The notes under the pieces: generated by a model | Seen by the model: only the letters and a program-made list of their open reading frames with translations | Databases searched by the model: none | Told to the model about the DNA's origin: nothing | Assembly (NCBI GenBank): GCA_913063285.1 | Contig: CAJXXZ010000003.1 | Coordinates: forward strand, 2,317-66,316 | Length of the DNA stretch: 64,000 nt | Origin: an uncultured bacterium | GTDB taxonomy: Bacteria > Pseudomonadota > Alphaproteobacteria > CAJXXZ01 > 1604HC | Direction: 5' to 3' | Part shown: positions 53,845 through 63,636 of the stretch, one piece after another | How positions within the stretch are numbered: position 1 is the first letter of the stretch | Layout: the number at the start of each line of letters is the position of its first letter | Position numbers and translations under genes: made by a program

Positions 53845-56188
53845 ATGGATAAGTGCAGCAGCTGGCTCAGGTAAGACATATTACATTATTTCTAGTATAT
53901 GCAAGCTACTACTGCAAGGAGTAAAAGGAAACGAAATTTTATGTATATCATTTACTAATGTAGCTGCTAAAGAAATGGAGATGCGTCTTCATTCTATTAT
54001 GCAGTCAGCATCAAGAGGAATTTACGCCGATGAACTTGTTAATTTAACTATTCCTCATAATATAAATGAAATCGTGAAAAACTTTTATCAATATCCAGTA
54101 AATTGTTTTACAATTCATGGTTTAGCAATGCATCACGCAAAAAAATTACATCAATCAGTAAAAATATTAGCTCCATATAAAAGTAGTAGTATGGTTAACG
54201 AAGCAATTGAATTAACATTACGAGAAAAGTTATGGAGAGATTTATGTATAGCTCTTTCTGATGAGCGAATGTCAATTGTGAAAGAAATCACCTCATTTAT
54301 AATGAGTAATCAATTAAAATATCTACTTAATGAGTATAAAGTTGGTAATAAAGCGTGGCCAATTATGACTTTTCCAAAAGGATTATATGCTACTTTATAT
54401 AGTACTGGATATAAAAATATTGCTGATATACTTCAAAGTGGAGATAAGGAACAAATTAGCAAATTATTTTTAACACAAACAGGTGGATTAAAAGAGGGGG
54501 TATTTTCTTCTGCTTGGATAGGAAGAAATAGAAAAGAATATTCAGCTATTCACAGATTTGCTCATGATGTATTTGCCTATTCTCAATCTCATCAAAATTA
54601 TAGAGCGATGAAAAAATCTCATGTACTAACTGAATGGATTAAAGCCATATGTTTTGAATATAAAAAGTTAAAACAAAATAATAATGTATGGGATTTTAGT
54701 GACATGCTATCTTATCTTACAGAAATTATAGATGTTGAGTACTCTATAAATTGCTTTTCATATCTTTTTCTTGATGAAGCTCAAGATTTATCAGAAGCAC
54801 AGTGGAATATTGTACAACTTTTATGCAAAAATATTATGGATAAAGATAAGTTTTTAATTTCAATTGTAGGTGATTCAAAACAAAATATTTACAGTTTTCA
54901 AGGAGCTACTGCAAATTTAATGAAAGATGCCAAAGTGTATTTACAAAAATTAGCTAAGCAGCAAATTGCAAGTTTTGAAAATATATCTCTACATCACTCA
55001 TATCGTTCTGGTGAATTATTATTAAATTTTGTAAGTAACACTATGTTAAATTTTATGCCCATCGAACAGCATGTAGCTGCAAAACAAATGAAAAGTTATG
55101 TGCATGTTTGGAAGAAAATTAAGAAAGAGTTAGAGTTAGAACAAGGATGGTGTCCTAAAGTTGATACTTCAAAACTATTATGGGTAGATTTATGTGTTAA
55201 TGAGATTAAAAAACTACTAAATACCAAGTTACTAAATGAAAATCGAAAAGTTGAGTACGAAGATATTTTAATTTTAATTCGTAAGAGAACAAATCAGCAC
55301 TCTATATTAATTTCAAAATTAGAAGCAAATGATATTCCTATTGCAGTATCTCCATTTCCTTTTTATTCAAATTTACTAGTTCAAGATTTGGTTAATATTA
55401 TCATATTAATGAGAGATATTGATGATGATTTTATGTTAGCTGGCTTATTAAAAAATGCTTATTTTGCATGGACTGATGAAGATTTAATCAAATTTGTAAG
55501 TAATAGAACGGATAGTTTATATAATAATTTACTTGAAAATAAATCAAATGAAAAAGTTGAATATGTACTAAATACTTTGAGTAGATGGAAGCAATATCCT
55601 TTGCATGTATATGAATTTTTTCAAAAATTAATTTTTCATGATGAATTTGGAAGATTTTTTATAAATAGCTCCGACTCTGATATAATATTACACTTTTGGG
55701 AACAAGTTGTGCAATTTGATAAAATATCATCATCTATTATTGATTTTATTCATTGGATTAAAAGTATAAATTCAATAGAAAGAAAAGGTGTTAGAATTTC
55801 CACAATTCATGGAGCAAAAGGAGCCGAAGCTCCAATTGTAATTTTATGCGATAGCTATCAACCATCTCCAAGAAATATGAATACTCTCATTGTACATCAA
55901 GGATCAGCTTTGTGGCCTCGAGATCATCCGATGTATTACTCACTTAAAAAGCAAAATTTACAAAATCAGAATATTGAACAAAATAATTTGCTTTATGTAG
56001 CATTGACTCGAGCTAAAGAACAGCTATATATTTTACCTCCAGTCTATAGTACTAATTCGGATATGATGACATGGTATAGCAAAATTTGCAGTACAATGAA
56101 AGAAATTGGAGATGAGCATGATGAATATTATTCTTTAGGATGTGCTCCACTATTGATTGATATTAAGAAGCAGAGTATGATGGGATGA
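53819..56188 (+). CDS. addA: AddA-like UvrD/Rep-family helicase (no recognisable C-terminal nuclease domain)
   Basis: Helicase motifs I (AAAGSGKTY), II (LFLDEAQDLSEAQW), IV-like (SYRSG), V (VRISTIHGAKGAEAPIVIL) and VI (LLYVALTRAKEQLYI). The protein ends about 60 aa after motif VI. Confidence 0.8.
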   Translation: MEFIVKRIEWISAAAGSGKTYYIISSICKLLLQGVKGNEILCISFTNVAAKEMEMRLHSIMQSASRGIYADELVNLTIPHNINEIVKNFYQYPVNCFTIHGLAMHHAKKLHQSVKILAPYKSSSMVNEAIELTLREKLWRDLCIALSDERMSIVKEITSFIMSNQLKYLLNEYKVGNKAWPIMTFPKGLYATLYSTGYKNIADILQSGDKEQISKLFLTQTGGLKEGVFSSAWIGRNRKEYSAIHRFAHDVFAYSQSHQNYRAMKKSHVLTEWIKAICFEYKKLKQNNNVWDFSDMLSYLTEIIDVEYSINCFSYLFLDEAQDLSEAQWNIVQLLCKNIMDKDKFLISIVGDSKQNIYSFQGATANLMKDAKVYLQKLAKQQIASFENISLHHSYRSGELLLNFVSNTMLNFMPIEQHVAAKQMKSYVHVWKKIKKELELEQGWCPKVDTSKLLWVDLCVNEIKKLLNTKLLNENRKVEYEDILILIRKRTNQHSILISKLEANDIPIAVSPFPFYSNLLVQDLVNIIILMRDIDDDFMLAGLLKNAYFAWTDEDLIKFVSNRTDSLYNNLLENKSNEKVEYVLNTLSRWKQYPLHVYEFFQKLIFHDEFGRFFINSSDSDIILHFWEQVVQFDKISSSIIDFIHWIKSINSIERKGVRISTIHGAKGAEAPIVILCDSYQPSPRNMNTLIVHQGSALWPRDHPMYYSLKKQNLQNQNIEQNNLLYVALTRAKEQLYILPPVYSTNSDMMTWYSKICSTMKEIGDEHDEYYSLGCAPLLIDIKKQSMMG

Positions 56189-56197
56189 AGGGGAATT

Positions 56198-56806
56198 ATG
56201 CCTATTATTCAACAAAAATATAAGATTGATCGTCGTTGTGGAGTTAATATAAGTGGTCGTGAAAAAAGTGCATTTAATACTAGGCCTTCACGTCCTGGGC
56301 AACATGGAAAGAATATGCGACGCAAAGTATCGGAGATGGGAAAGAGATTATTAGAAAAACAAAAATTACGCTTTTATTATGGACTAAGTGAGTTGCAGTT
56401 TAGATCACTTTTTCGTAAATCAGCTAAAGGTGTAGGAGAACGAGGATTAAAATTTGTTCGATTACTCGAAACACGTTTAGACTCTGTTGTATTTAGATTA
56501 AAATGGGCTCCTACAATATACGCAGCAAAGCAATTAATTTCTCATGGTCACGTCAAGATTAATGATACTAGAGTGAAATCAGCATCTCATGCTGTACATC
56601 CTGGTGATATAGTTTCTTTATCCGATACTATGAAAAATAACGGAGTTGTAAACATAACAATGGAGTCATCTGAACGAGATATACCATCTTATATTGATGC
56701 ATCAAGTGGACAACTACTTAAACTACCAGATTCGATCGATGAAGTTTTGTATCCAAATTATATGAATCTTCAAATGATAATTGAATGGTATTCTAGATTG
56801 ATATAG
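56198..56806 (+). CDS. rpsD: 30S ribosomal protein S4
   Basis: The motifs KIDRRCGVNI, LLEKQKLRFYYGLSELQFRSLF, the S4 domain LETRLDSVVFRLKWAPTIYAAKQLISHGHVKINDTRV, and YPNYMN. Confidence 0.95.
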   Translation: MPIIQQKYKIDRRCGVNISGREKSAFNTRPSRPGQHGKNMRRKVSEMGKRLLEKQKLRFYYGLSELQFRSLFRKSAKGVGERGLKFVRLLETRLDSVVFRLKWAPTIYAAKQLISHGHVKINDTRVKSASHAVHPGDIVSLSDTMKNNGVVNITMESSERDIPSYIDASSGQLLKLPDSIDEVLYPNYMNLQMIIEWYSRLI

Positions 56807-56811
56807 TGAAT

Positions 56812-57203
56812 TAAATACAAATTAAGATTATATTTTTGAATAATTCAAGATTGTTAAATCAATTTAAGTAACAAGACTATTATATAAATATGAATTTTGA
56901 TAAGTTGAAACATAAAAAAAATAGCTTTGTTTAGTGGTATTTTGTTAAGTAGTATTTTTTAGTATAAATGTATATAATTTGATACATATTAAGCAAAATA
57001 TAATATATATTAAATTTATTTAAGATAATAATATTAACAAAACATCCTAAATTATATGAACGCAGCTGAAAATCAATATATACACAAGCTTATGCTTGAA
57101 GTTCAAAAAACATTAAGTTTAGTAAAATCAGCATTATCAAGATAAGTGCAAGTTTTTATAATATAATTGAATGTTATTCAGATTAATATCGTACATCAAA
57201 TAC
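56812..57203 (+). repeat. decayed upstream copy of a tandem duplication of about 392 bp, comprising the PLD gene's upstream region plus its first 250 bp
   Basis: atgaattttgataagttgaaacataaaa (56890) matches atgagttttgataagttaaaacgtaaaa (57282). gcagctgaaaatcaatatatacacaagcttatgcttgaagttcaaaaaacattaagtttagtaaaatcagca matches gcagctaaaaaatcaatatatatacaggcttatggctggagttcaaacaatatattaaattcagtaaaatcagca. The upstream spacers also align, at 56812 onward and 57204 onward. Confidence 0.8.
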
Positions 57204-57281
57204 AAATTGAGATTATGTTTAATATTTAAATAATCAAAGATTGTTGCATCGGTATAAACTACAATGCTAGTATATATATAT

Positions 57282-57866
57282 ATGAGTTTTGATAAGTTAA
57301 AACGTAAAATAATAGGATTTGTTAGTGGTGTTTTAGTAAGCAGTATTTTTTTTAGTAGAAATATATATGATTCGATACATCTTAGAGAAAATATGATGCA
57401 TATCAAATTTGTTCCAGGTGATGATATTACACAAAATATCGTGGATCATATAAATGCAGCTAAAAAATCAATATATATACAGGCTTATGGCTGGAGTTCA
57501 AACAATATATTAAATTCAGTAAAATCAGCAGCAGCGAGGGAAGTGAAAATTTTTATCATTTTGGATAAAAGTAATGTAGGCAAATATCGAAACAAATCAC
57601 AATCATATTTTATGCAAGATTTATTAAAATTAGGCGTAAATATTTTAATTGATTCGCGTAGTATTGCTCATAATAAGGTTATGATCATAGATGAAAGTAT
57701 TGTTATTACAGGTAGTTTTAATTTTACCGAAAGTGCAAATCGTCGTAATGTTGAAAATGTAATTTTTTTATATAGTAAAGATGCTGCAAATCGTTATTTA
57801 AATAATTGGCATAATAGGGAAAAATGCTCTACACCATTACATAAATTGATTAATAATAATTATTAA
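57282..57866 (+). CDS. phospholipase D/Nuc-family HKD-motif protein with an N-terminal signal/anchor
   Basis: Single HKD motif HNKVMIIDESIVITGSFNFTESAN (HxK(x)4D(x)6GSxN). Hydrophobic N-terminus IIGFVSGVLVSSIFF. I chose the ATG at 57282 (MSFDKLKRK) because the decayed duplicate starts at the homologous ATG. The roughly 195-aa size matches Nuc and rickettsial Pld-type proteins. Confidence 0.8.
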   Translation: MSFDKLKRKIIGFVSGVLVSSIFFSRNIYDSIHLRENMMHIKFVPGDDITQNIVDHINAAKKSIYIQAYGWSSNNILNSVKSAAAREVKIFIILDKSNVGKYRNKSQSYFMQDLLKLGVNILIDSRSIAHNKVMIIDESIVITGSFNFTESANRRNVENVIFLYSKDAANRYLNNWHNREKCSTPLHKLINNNY

Positions 57867-58394
57867 TATTGAACATTATTATTTTTATATAAAAATACAA
57901 CTTTGTACTTGTTAAAATTATTCATTATTCACTATTATGTGATGAAAAGTTTATATATGATAAGAATATTTAACTTAATTATTAAATTTATAATGTGAAT
58001 AGCATTTTTATGAATTCATATTTCATATTTATCTCTAAAAGTAATCAATTTTATTAATATTATTTGCTTGTTATTCATCTAATACTAAGTTGATAATCTA
58101 TAATTATATATAAAATCACGTTATGTAAATTTGATTGAGAAATTATAAAATTGAAGTATATCATTATTATAGTAAAAATTATAATAGTAAAAATATAAAT
58201 TATAATTAAAAATAAAATTATACTTTCATAACATAATACTTCTTAAATAAAGTATAAATTTTATCAATGATAAATATCAAATTACATATAAATATATTGT
58301 GTATAAACATAATATGCTTCATAGAAAAAATAAATTATAAAAAATCACTAAACTATATTGTATTACTAATAAAGTTCATATATAGTTATAGTAA

Positions 58395-58475
58395 GCCCGC
58401 TTGGTGGAATGGTAGACACAGCAGACTTAAAATCTGCAGGCTTATGCCGTACTGGTTCAAGTCCGGTAGCGGGTA
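58395..58475 (+). tRNA. tRNA-Leu (anticodon TAA)
   Basis: Acceptor GCCCGCT/AGCGGGT (G1-U72 wobble), D region GTG-GAATGGTAGA-CAC, anticodon stem GCAGA/TCTGC with loop CTTAAAA, a long variable arm (GGC-TTAT-GCC), and T loop TTCAAGT. Confidence 0.9.
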
Positions 58476-58478
58476 TTT

Positions 58479-58553
58479 GCGCTCGTAGCTTAATTCGGAT
58501 AGAGCGTCAGACTACGGATTTGAAGGTTGGGAGTTCGAGTCTTCCCGAGCGTG
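58479..58553 (+). tRNA. tRNA-Arg (anticodon ACG)
   Basis: Acceptor GCGCTCG/CGAGCGT (G1-U72 wobble), D arm GCTT-AATTCGGATA-GAGC, anticodon stem TCAGA/TTTGA with loop CTACGGA, T arm GGGAG-TTCGAGT-CTTCC. It lies only 3 nt after tRNA-Leu. Confidence 0.9.
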
Positions 58554-60960
58554 ATATTTCAATATATTTTACAGCTTAATAATTAATATTATAATAAAAT
58601 ATGTAATTACTGTAAATAATAAAAAATTTTTCTGACAAATACTATATATAAAGTCAACTTTTCATAATTAAACTTGTTACTCAATAGTAGCCTACACAAA
58701 ATTTGATTTTATACTATTTTTCATATATTTTATTTAATAAATTAAATCATAATATTACTACATAATAAAAATATATAATTTAATTACAGAAAATAATTTC
58801 GTTTTTACATACTTTTTACTTTAGAATTTATTAATTTTAAAATTACCTATAAAAAATTCATCTAAATACTATATTTTAGCTTCAGAGCCTTGAAATTTAA
58901 ATTTTTTCATATTTTTTTATAAAGTATCTAAAGTTTATTTAATACTATCTAATTTTCAAATATTTTTTGCGATTTTAGATTCTTTATTTTAAGTAGTGAT
59001 ATGTAATTTTTTACATATTATTGAATTACATTTGCTAATACTTTACAAATATGTAGTAATTTTTTCAGTTTAATTCTTCAAAATCACTTTAGTGAATCAA
59101 ATAAAAATAAATTTTTTAAATTTAACACTTTAATTTACATTAATATAAGAAAATTTAGTAGTACATAATTTGTTCTTTAGATTTGTTATGTCTTTGCATA
59201 ATATTTATCTTTATCATTTCTATATTTGAAGTTAATTTTTTGATCATTTTCATTCTTATCAGAGTTACTATTTTTTTGAATTTGAGAAAATAATAATTTT
59301 TAAAATTTATATTAATTTAACGTAGTAGTTGTTAAATTTTTTGTCTAAGTATTCAATGAAATACAAAAGTAGTGTTTTAGATTTACTAAATTTATTAATA
59401 GCAAAATACTTCTATTTATTTAGAAAAAACATATATATGAAAAATAATTAGCTTGATATCGTATATTTTTTAATATTTTTGCATGTTTTTATTAGGTGAA
59501 TATAAACAGTATAGTATGAATATAAATCTTACAAAAATATTCTTACTTTAATGTTTTTACTATTTTGCATGAAATAACATTATAATGATGTAATAAAATC
59601 TAAATATTAGAAGGTCTAAAAGCTTAAATTTTAAATCAAATGATGAAATATAAGTTATAAAATCAAGTTGATTTGGCAATCATTAGTAATTTGATTTCAT
59701 ATGCTTTTATCTATTCTTAAAATTATAAGTAAGTAAGCTCTCACAAATCAGAATCAAGTATTGTAATTGTGATTATAATTTTAGATCTTACTATAAAATT
59801 TTTCTATCATTCATAAAGAATAGAACTATGAAGTTAATGCTATAGCTTTAAATTGATCTGAAGATTTTTCTAAAGTAATTATTTTGTATTTTTTAATGTG
59901 AGTATCCTCTTCTATCAATAAATCTTTAAAAGTAGTAATATTTGATGTTTTAGTTATATAAAGTAAAATGAAAAATTTGAGTAGAATTATAGTCGAAAGA
60001 AGTCGTAAGTTATTTTGAAATTACAGTTTAAAAAAAAGATACACATTTCCAGTCATAAAAATAAATAAAATATAAATTTATTTTTGAAATCATATTGTGT
60101 ACGTATTATAAAATAAAAAGTACGAATGAGATTTTCTATCTTGAATTATATATAGTTTTAATTTCGATAAATAAAACTGATCATATAAAATTTTTAAAAA
60201 TTGTACATAATAAAGTATTGAGAAATCTATATTGTCTAATTTATTTCTTTTTTTAAATTGACTTCTTGCTGCTGTTAAAGAAGATGCTTCATTATAAATT
60301 AAATAATTTAAAAAATATTCATACATAAAAGTAGTAGGGTATATCAAATTTATTTGTGGTAATAATTTTTACATAAACTTACTATTATGAATTTTCAATA
60401 TATTGCCAAAAAGAGCTAATCATTAGCACAAAGTGTATTTCAATATTTTTAAATAAAAATATATATAGTTCTTTCATTCAATATAATTTTTCAAAAAAGA
60501 GAAAAAATTACAGCAACTCTCTCAAAACTTTACATTATATAAAAAATAATTGATTTACATAAATCATTAAAAAACATATATTAAAAACTTATATATATAC
60601 AATGTTGCTTCTTCTAATTCATATTTAATTTACTTAAGCTTTAACTTTTTAATCTCATCGATTTTAAACTAAATTATTTATTAATTTCATCATATAATTT
60701 TTAATTACTTATACTTGATTTGCTTATTATTAATACACTTCATTATAGGGTAAACTTGATCTTTAAAAATAATTAATTTATCTAATTTTTTATTAATACA
60801 TATTCAAGAAAACAATTTCTCTTCAGAAAATCATCTTAAATCTTTGTAATAAAATATATAGCTAAATTTTTTGCAACTAATAATATTTACACTTGTCTAT
60901 TACTAATTTTTAAATTTAGATATTTTTTTAAATATTTTTGGTAGAGTGAATGTTTTTCAT

Positions 60961-62241
60961 TTAGTTTTTTTCAGGGTAAGATAGACGATTCCATTGTTTT
61001 GTAAATTCTTTCATTTTATTAGAACTTATTGATTTAAATAGAGGGCTGTCAAAAAGTTGATCTAAAGCTTGTATATCCGGAATATTATTCAATGCAATTT
61101 GACCAGTTTCATTTTGTGCCGCTTGAGCGTCTTTAAGTTTTCTAATCATCAATGATAAATCAGGTAATAATTTAGTCATACACTGATTATGAGCTATAGT
61201 AAGTCTATTTTTCTTTATTTCTTGTATTATAGATTCTTCTTGCTTTTTAAGAGCACAATGTTTTTTATATAATTCAAAATATTGATAAAATATTTCAGGA
61301 ACTAAGTTTTTTTCTTTTTTCTTTTTTCCCTGCAATTTATTAAAAGATGCTTGTATCTCTTCTGCTTTTTCATAACTATGTATTTCTTCTAGTAATCTTT
61401 TTCTATCTTGAGGAGATTTACTAGGAATCAGAGCATGCATTTCACTCCTTAAATTTTGCATTGCTATTGTTGTTGTTGGAATTTCTGATTTTATTCTATC
61501 CTTCTCTCGTGTTAATGTTTGTATACTATTTTCATGTGTAATAGTATCTTCTTGTATACTTTGTAAATGTTGTTCTAAACCATCAAGTAATGCTATTGCT
61601 TGATTAAATTCTGCTTCTTCATTAAAATACTTAAATTTGACGATTCCTGGAAATGCATCGGCAAATGAAGGTATAGCAATTCCATATTTCTTCTTTAATT
61701 CTTGAGCTACTGACGCATAAAATTGTGGAAAATCTTTATTCCATAAATCTTGTAGAAACTTCTCAATTATCTTATGTATATCATCAGAAGACAAACTTAT
61801 CTGTAAAAGATTACTAGAAAGTATAGTTGCTACATTATCTAGAAACTTAAGCTTATAAATAGAAGGTATAGCAAGTTGATCATTATTTGGATTTGTGAAT
61901 ATGAATAATGTACGATAATCTTGAAAGTTTATGTAAGCGACTGAATCCCAATGACTTGTATCTTGATCAGCATATTCCGTGAAACATATATTTGTTTTAT
62001 CTTCAAAAGAATTTCCAAAAAGTTCCTTACGTGGAAAAAAAATATCTCCCATATCCTTTAACTGACAAAGAGTAGATTCATTATCATATGGTCTATCTTT
62101 TTTTCGCTCATTAAATTGATGTGCGCCTTCTTCAAGGGTAGATAAACATGTGTCACCTCTATTATATTTGTCAACAAAACCTATTTCTAAAGTACAATTT
62201 ATATTATACATTGCTAATAAACACGAAATTAATATTTTCAT
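60961..62241 (-). CDS. hypothetical secreted protein (paralog of the partial gene at 63637 onward)
   Basis: Signal-like MKILISCLLAMYNINC. The N-terminal half contains Cys and the C-terminal half is helical. The C-terminus GQIALNNIPDIQALDQLFDSPLFKSISSNKMKEFTKQWNRLSYPEKN aligns with the paralog. The upstream sequence has TTGACG-N17-TAATAT-N6-ATG (62248-62276). Confidence 0.7.
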   Translation of the reverse strand: MKILISCLLAMYNINCTLEIGFVDKYNRGDTCLSTLEEGAHQFNERKKDRPYDNESTLCQLKDMGDIFFPRKELFGNSFEDKTNICFTEYADQDTSHWDSVAYINFQDYRTLFIFTNPNNDQLAIPSIYKLKFLDNVATILSSNLLQISLSSDDIHKIIEKFLQDLWNKDFPQFYASVAQELKKKYGIAIPSFADAFPGIVKFKYFNEEAEFNQAIALLDGLEQHLQSIQEDTITHENSIQTLTREKDRIKSEIPTTTIAMQNLRSEMHALIPSKSPQDRKRLLEEIHSYEKAEEIQASFNKLQGKKKKEKNLVPEIFYQYFELYKKHCALKKQEESIIQEIKKNRLTIAHNQCMTKLLPDLSLMIRKLKDAQAAQNETGQIALNNIPDIQALDQLFDSPLFKSISSNKMKEFTKQWNRLSYPEKN

Positions 62242-62841
62242 ATAAACATATTAACAAATTTAAAAGATATCGTCAATATATAAATTTAGATGTAGAATTT
62301 GTAAGACATATATATTTTTTATATTTTAAATTTTATATGATATATCAAATATACTGTTTTTACTCTTTTTGCTTGAAGTGTAACTTTGTATTTCATAAAA
62401 TTATAGCAAATTTACTAAATTGATAAAAGATAAACATATTTTTTCATATGTTTGACTATTATGAAATTACCATAGGCGTAATTAATGAAATTAATTCATA
62501 ATTAAAATAATAATAAGTTTTTTATTTTATTAAGTTAATACAACTGATAGATAAATTTATTATAACTCAATATTAAAATATACATGCACTTCAATTTATG
62601 ATTATTTTATACAGATTTAGTTTAAGAAAATTAATTTTATATTGAAGGTTGAATTTTATTTTTATATTAATATATAATCTAGAGTAGATAAGCAATTGAT
62701 TTTTATATTATATATATTTGATTTATTTTATATTGAAAGTTGAATTTTATTTTATATTAATATATCATACAGATTAAATTAATGACTAATTTTTTTGTTA
62801 TATATTTAAATTAATTTGAGATTGATTTTTATATTTATTAA

Positions 62842-62957
62842 AGCTGGCAACCCCTACTCTTGCGCGTACTATACGAACTACCATCGGTGCTGAAGGATTT
62901 TACGGTCGAGTTCGGAATGGAATCGAGTACTATGTCCTTCGCCGTCGTCACCAGCAG
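62842..62957 (-). rRNA. rrf: 5S ribosomal RNA
   Basis: The minus strand reads CUGCUGGUGACGACGGCGAAGGACAUAGUACUCGAUUCCAUUCCGAACUCGACCGUAAAAUCCUUCAGCACCGAUGGUAGUUCGUAUAGUACGCGCAAGAGUAGGGGUUGCCAGC. It contains the universal CCGAAC and CGAUGGUAG(U) and AGAGUAGG blocks, and the termini pair to form helix I (GCUGGUGAC/GUUGCCAGC). Confidence 0.9.
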
Positions 62958-63636
62958 TTTTATTAAATCATACGTCAAAATCAATTGCAAGCCCTTTTTT
63001 TGAACTTTATAAATATTTTTGCAAAAAATATACTCAATTAAAATGAATTTTATAAAAATGTATATTTTGCTTTGTAAAATAACATCATAATACTATTTAA
63101 AGGTCAAAATATAAAATTTAAATATCTGAAAAATAAAGTCTATAATTTCAATTTTTGAAAATTTCTGTATCTTATGATGCAAATATGATTTTAAATAAAT
63201 TATTGAAAACAAATTTATTTAAAACTTATATGTAGAAAAATATTATTTACTATATTATTTTAGTTTCTTACTTTTACTGTAAAATGAATCATTTTAACTT
63301 TCTCAAAACTTTTTACCATATTAGAAGTCATTGATTTAAAGAAGTGATCAGCAAAAAAAATACACATAAATTATACATATAAAATATTTATTACTATAAT
63401 TTCTTTTTTTATTTAGTTATGCTTTAACTTTTTTTAAGCTAATCAATCTTTGATATAAAATCAACTGTTAATTTTGCTATATAATTTTAATTACTTATAC
63501 TAAATTTATTTTGTCTATTGAACCTTATTAGGGAACATTGAAGAAATAATTTATTTTAAAGTAAAATAAATTTTTTATACTTATATATTATGAGTTCTTA
63601 AATTTAGATATTATTTATAGAGTGAGTGTTTTTTCA

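Noticed and set aside
57137-57406. 89-aa minus ORF overlapping the PLD gene start
   Set aside because: It is antisense to the PLD 5' end and the duplicated spacer, so it is a chance ORF.
58267-58488. 73-aa plus ORF
   Set aside because: Its 3' third is the tRNA-Leu gene and the start of tRNA-Arg, so the open frame is accidental.
60090-60347. 85-aa minus ORF in the 2.4-kb spacer
   Set aside because: AT-rich chance composition, no start signals and no paralog in the window.
62148-62423. 91-aa plus ORF overlapping the start of the 60961-62241 gene
   Set aside because: It is antisense to, or overlapping, a better-supported gene and its promoter region, and its composition is AT-rich.
62958-63636. 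Search for 23S rRNA sequence upstream of the 5S gene
   Set aside because: The region is AT-rich spacer homologous to the 3' flank of the paralogous gene at 60600-60960. No conserved rRNA-like GC-rich blocks are present.
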